The translations under genes and the position numbers were made by a program. From assembly GCF_032062105.1 (NCBI RefSeq), contig NW_026930368.1:248001-312000 (forward strand): 64,000 nucleotides of DNA. The letters are read 5' to 3'. The notes under the pieces were generated by a model. It was not told the origin of the DNA. It did no database searches and worked only from the letters and a program-made list of their open reading frames with translations. Below, one piece after another: positions 63,890 to 64,000 of this stretch; positions within the stretch are counted from its first letter, which is position 1, and each line of letters begins with the position of its first letter. The DNA is from Saccostrea cucullata. Its lineage: Eukaryota.

Positions 63890-64000
63890 ATTGATTGATT
63901 GATTAATTGTATGTTGTTTAACGTCCCTCTAGAGAATTTTTCACTCATAAATAGACGCCACCACTTGCCAGTGGAGAGCTACAAATTTGCCATATACTCG
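63890..64000 (-). mobile_element. SINE 3' end, cut by the window edge
   Basis: (TTGA)n...GTCCCTCTAGAGAATTTTTCACTCAT...CCACTTGCCAGTGGAG matches 2441-2540. Confidence 0.8.

Overview
AT-rich, intron-containing animal DNA. The repeat families (~166-bp satellite-bearing Helentron-type elements, a tRNA-derived SINE, Penelope-like remnants) point to a bivalve, most likely an oyster; this is an inference. In order: (1) an intronless, GC-elevated minus-strand ORF (817 to the window edge, absent from the ORF track) resembling bacterial isonocardicin synthase Nat, a SAM-dependent 3-amino-3-carboxypropyltransferase, and a horizontal-transfer candidate; (2) a spliced, decayed tyrosine-recombinase (Crypton-like) remnant; (3) three tandem cGAS-like receptor (cGLR/Mab-21) genes with long helical C-termini, each broken in a different way, plus an inverted orphan fragment; (4) CMTR2 with 12 coding exons and an ETS + IRF-like upstream motif; (5) VHL head-to-head with sulfiredoxin; (6) three tandem type-I membrane genes: signal peptide, IgGFc-binding N-terminal domain, MopE-like DxDCDG motifs, Thr/Ser mucin stalk, TM helix and conserved tail (third copy cut by the window end). 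Many MITEs, several nested, fill the rest. Exon models were derived by hand from GT-AG signals and frame continuity. Homology calls rest on recalled motifs, not database searches.
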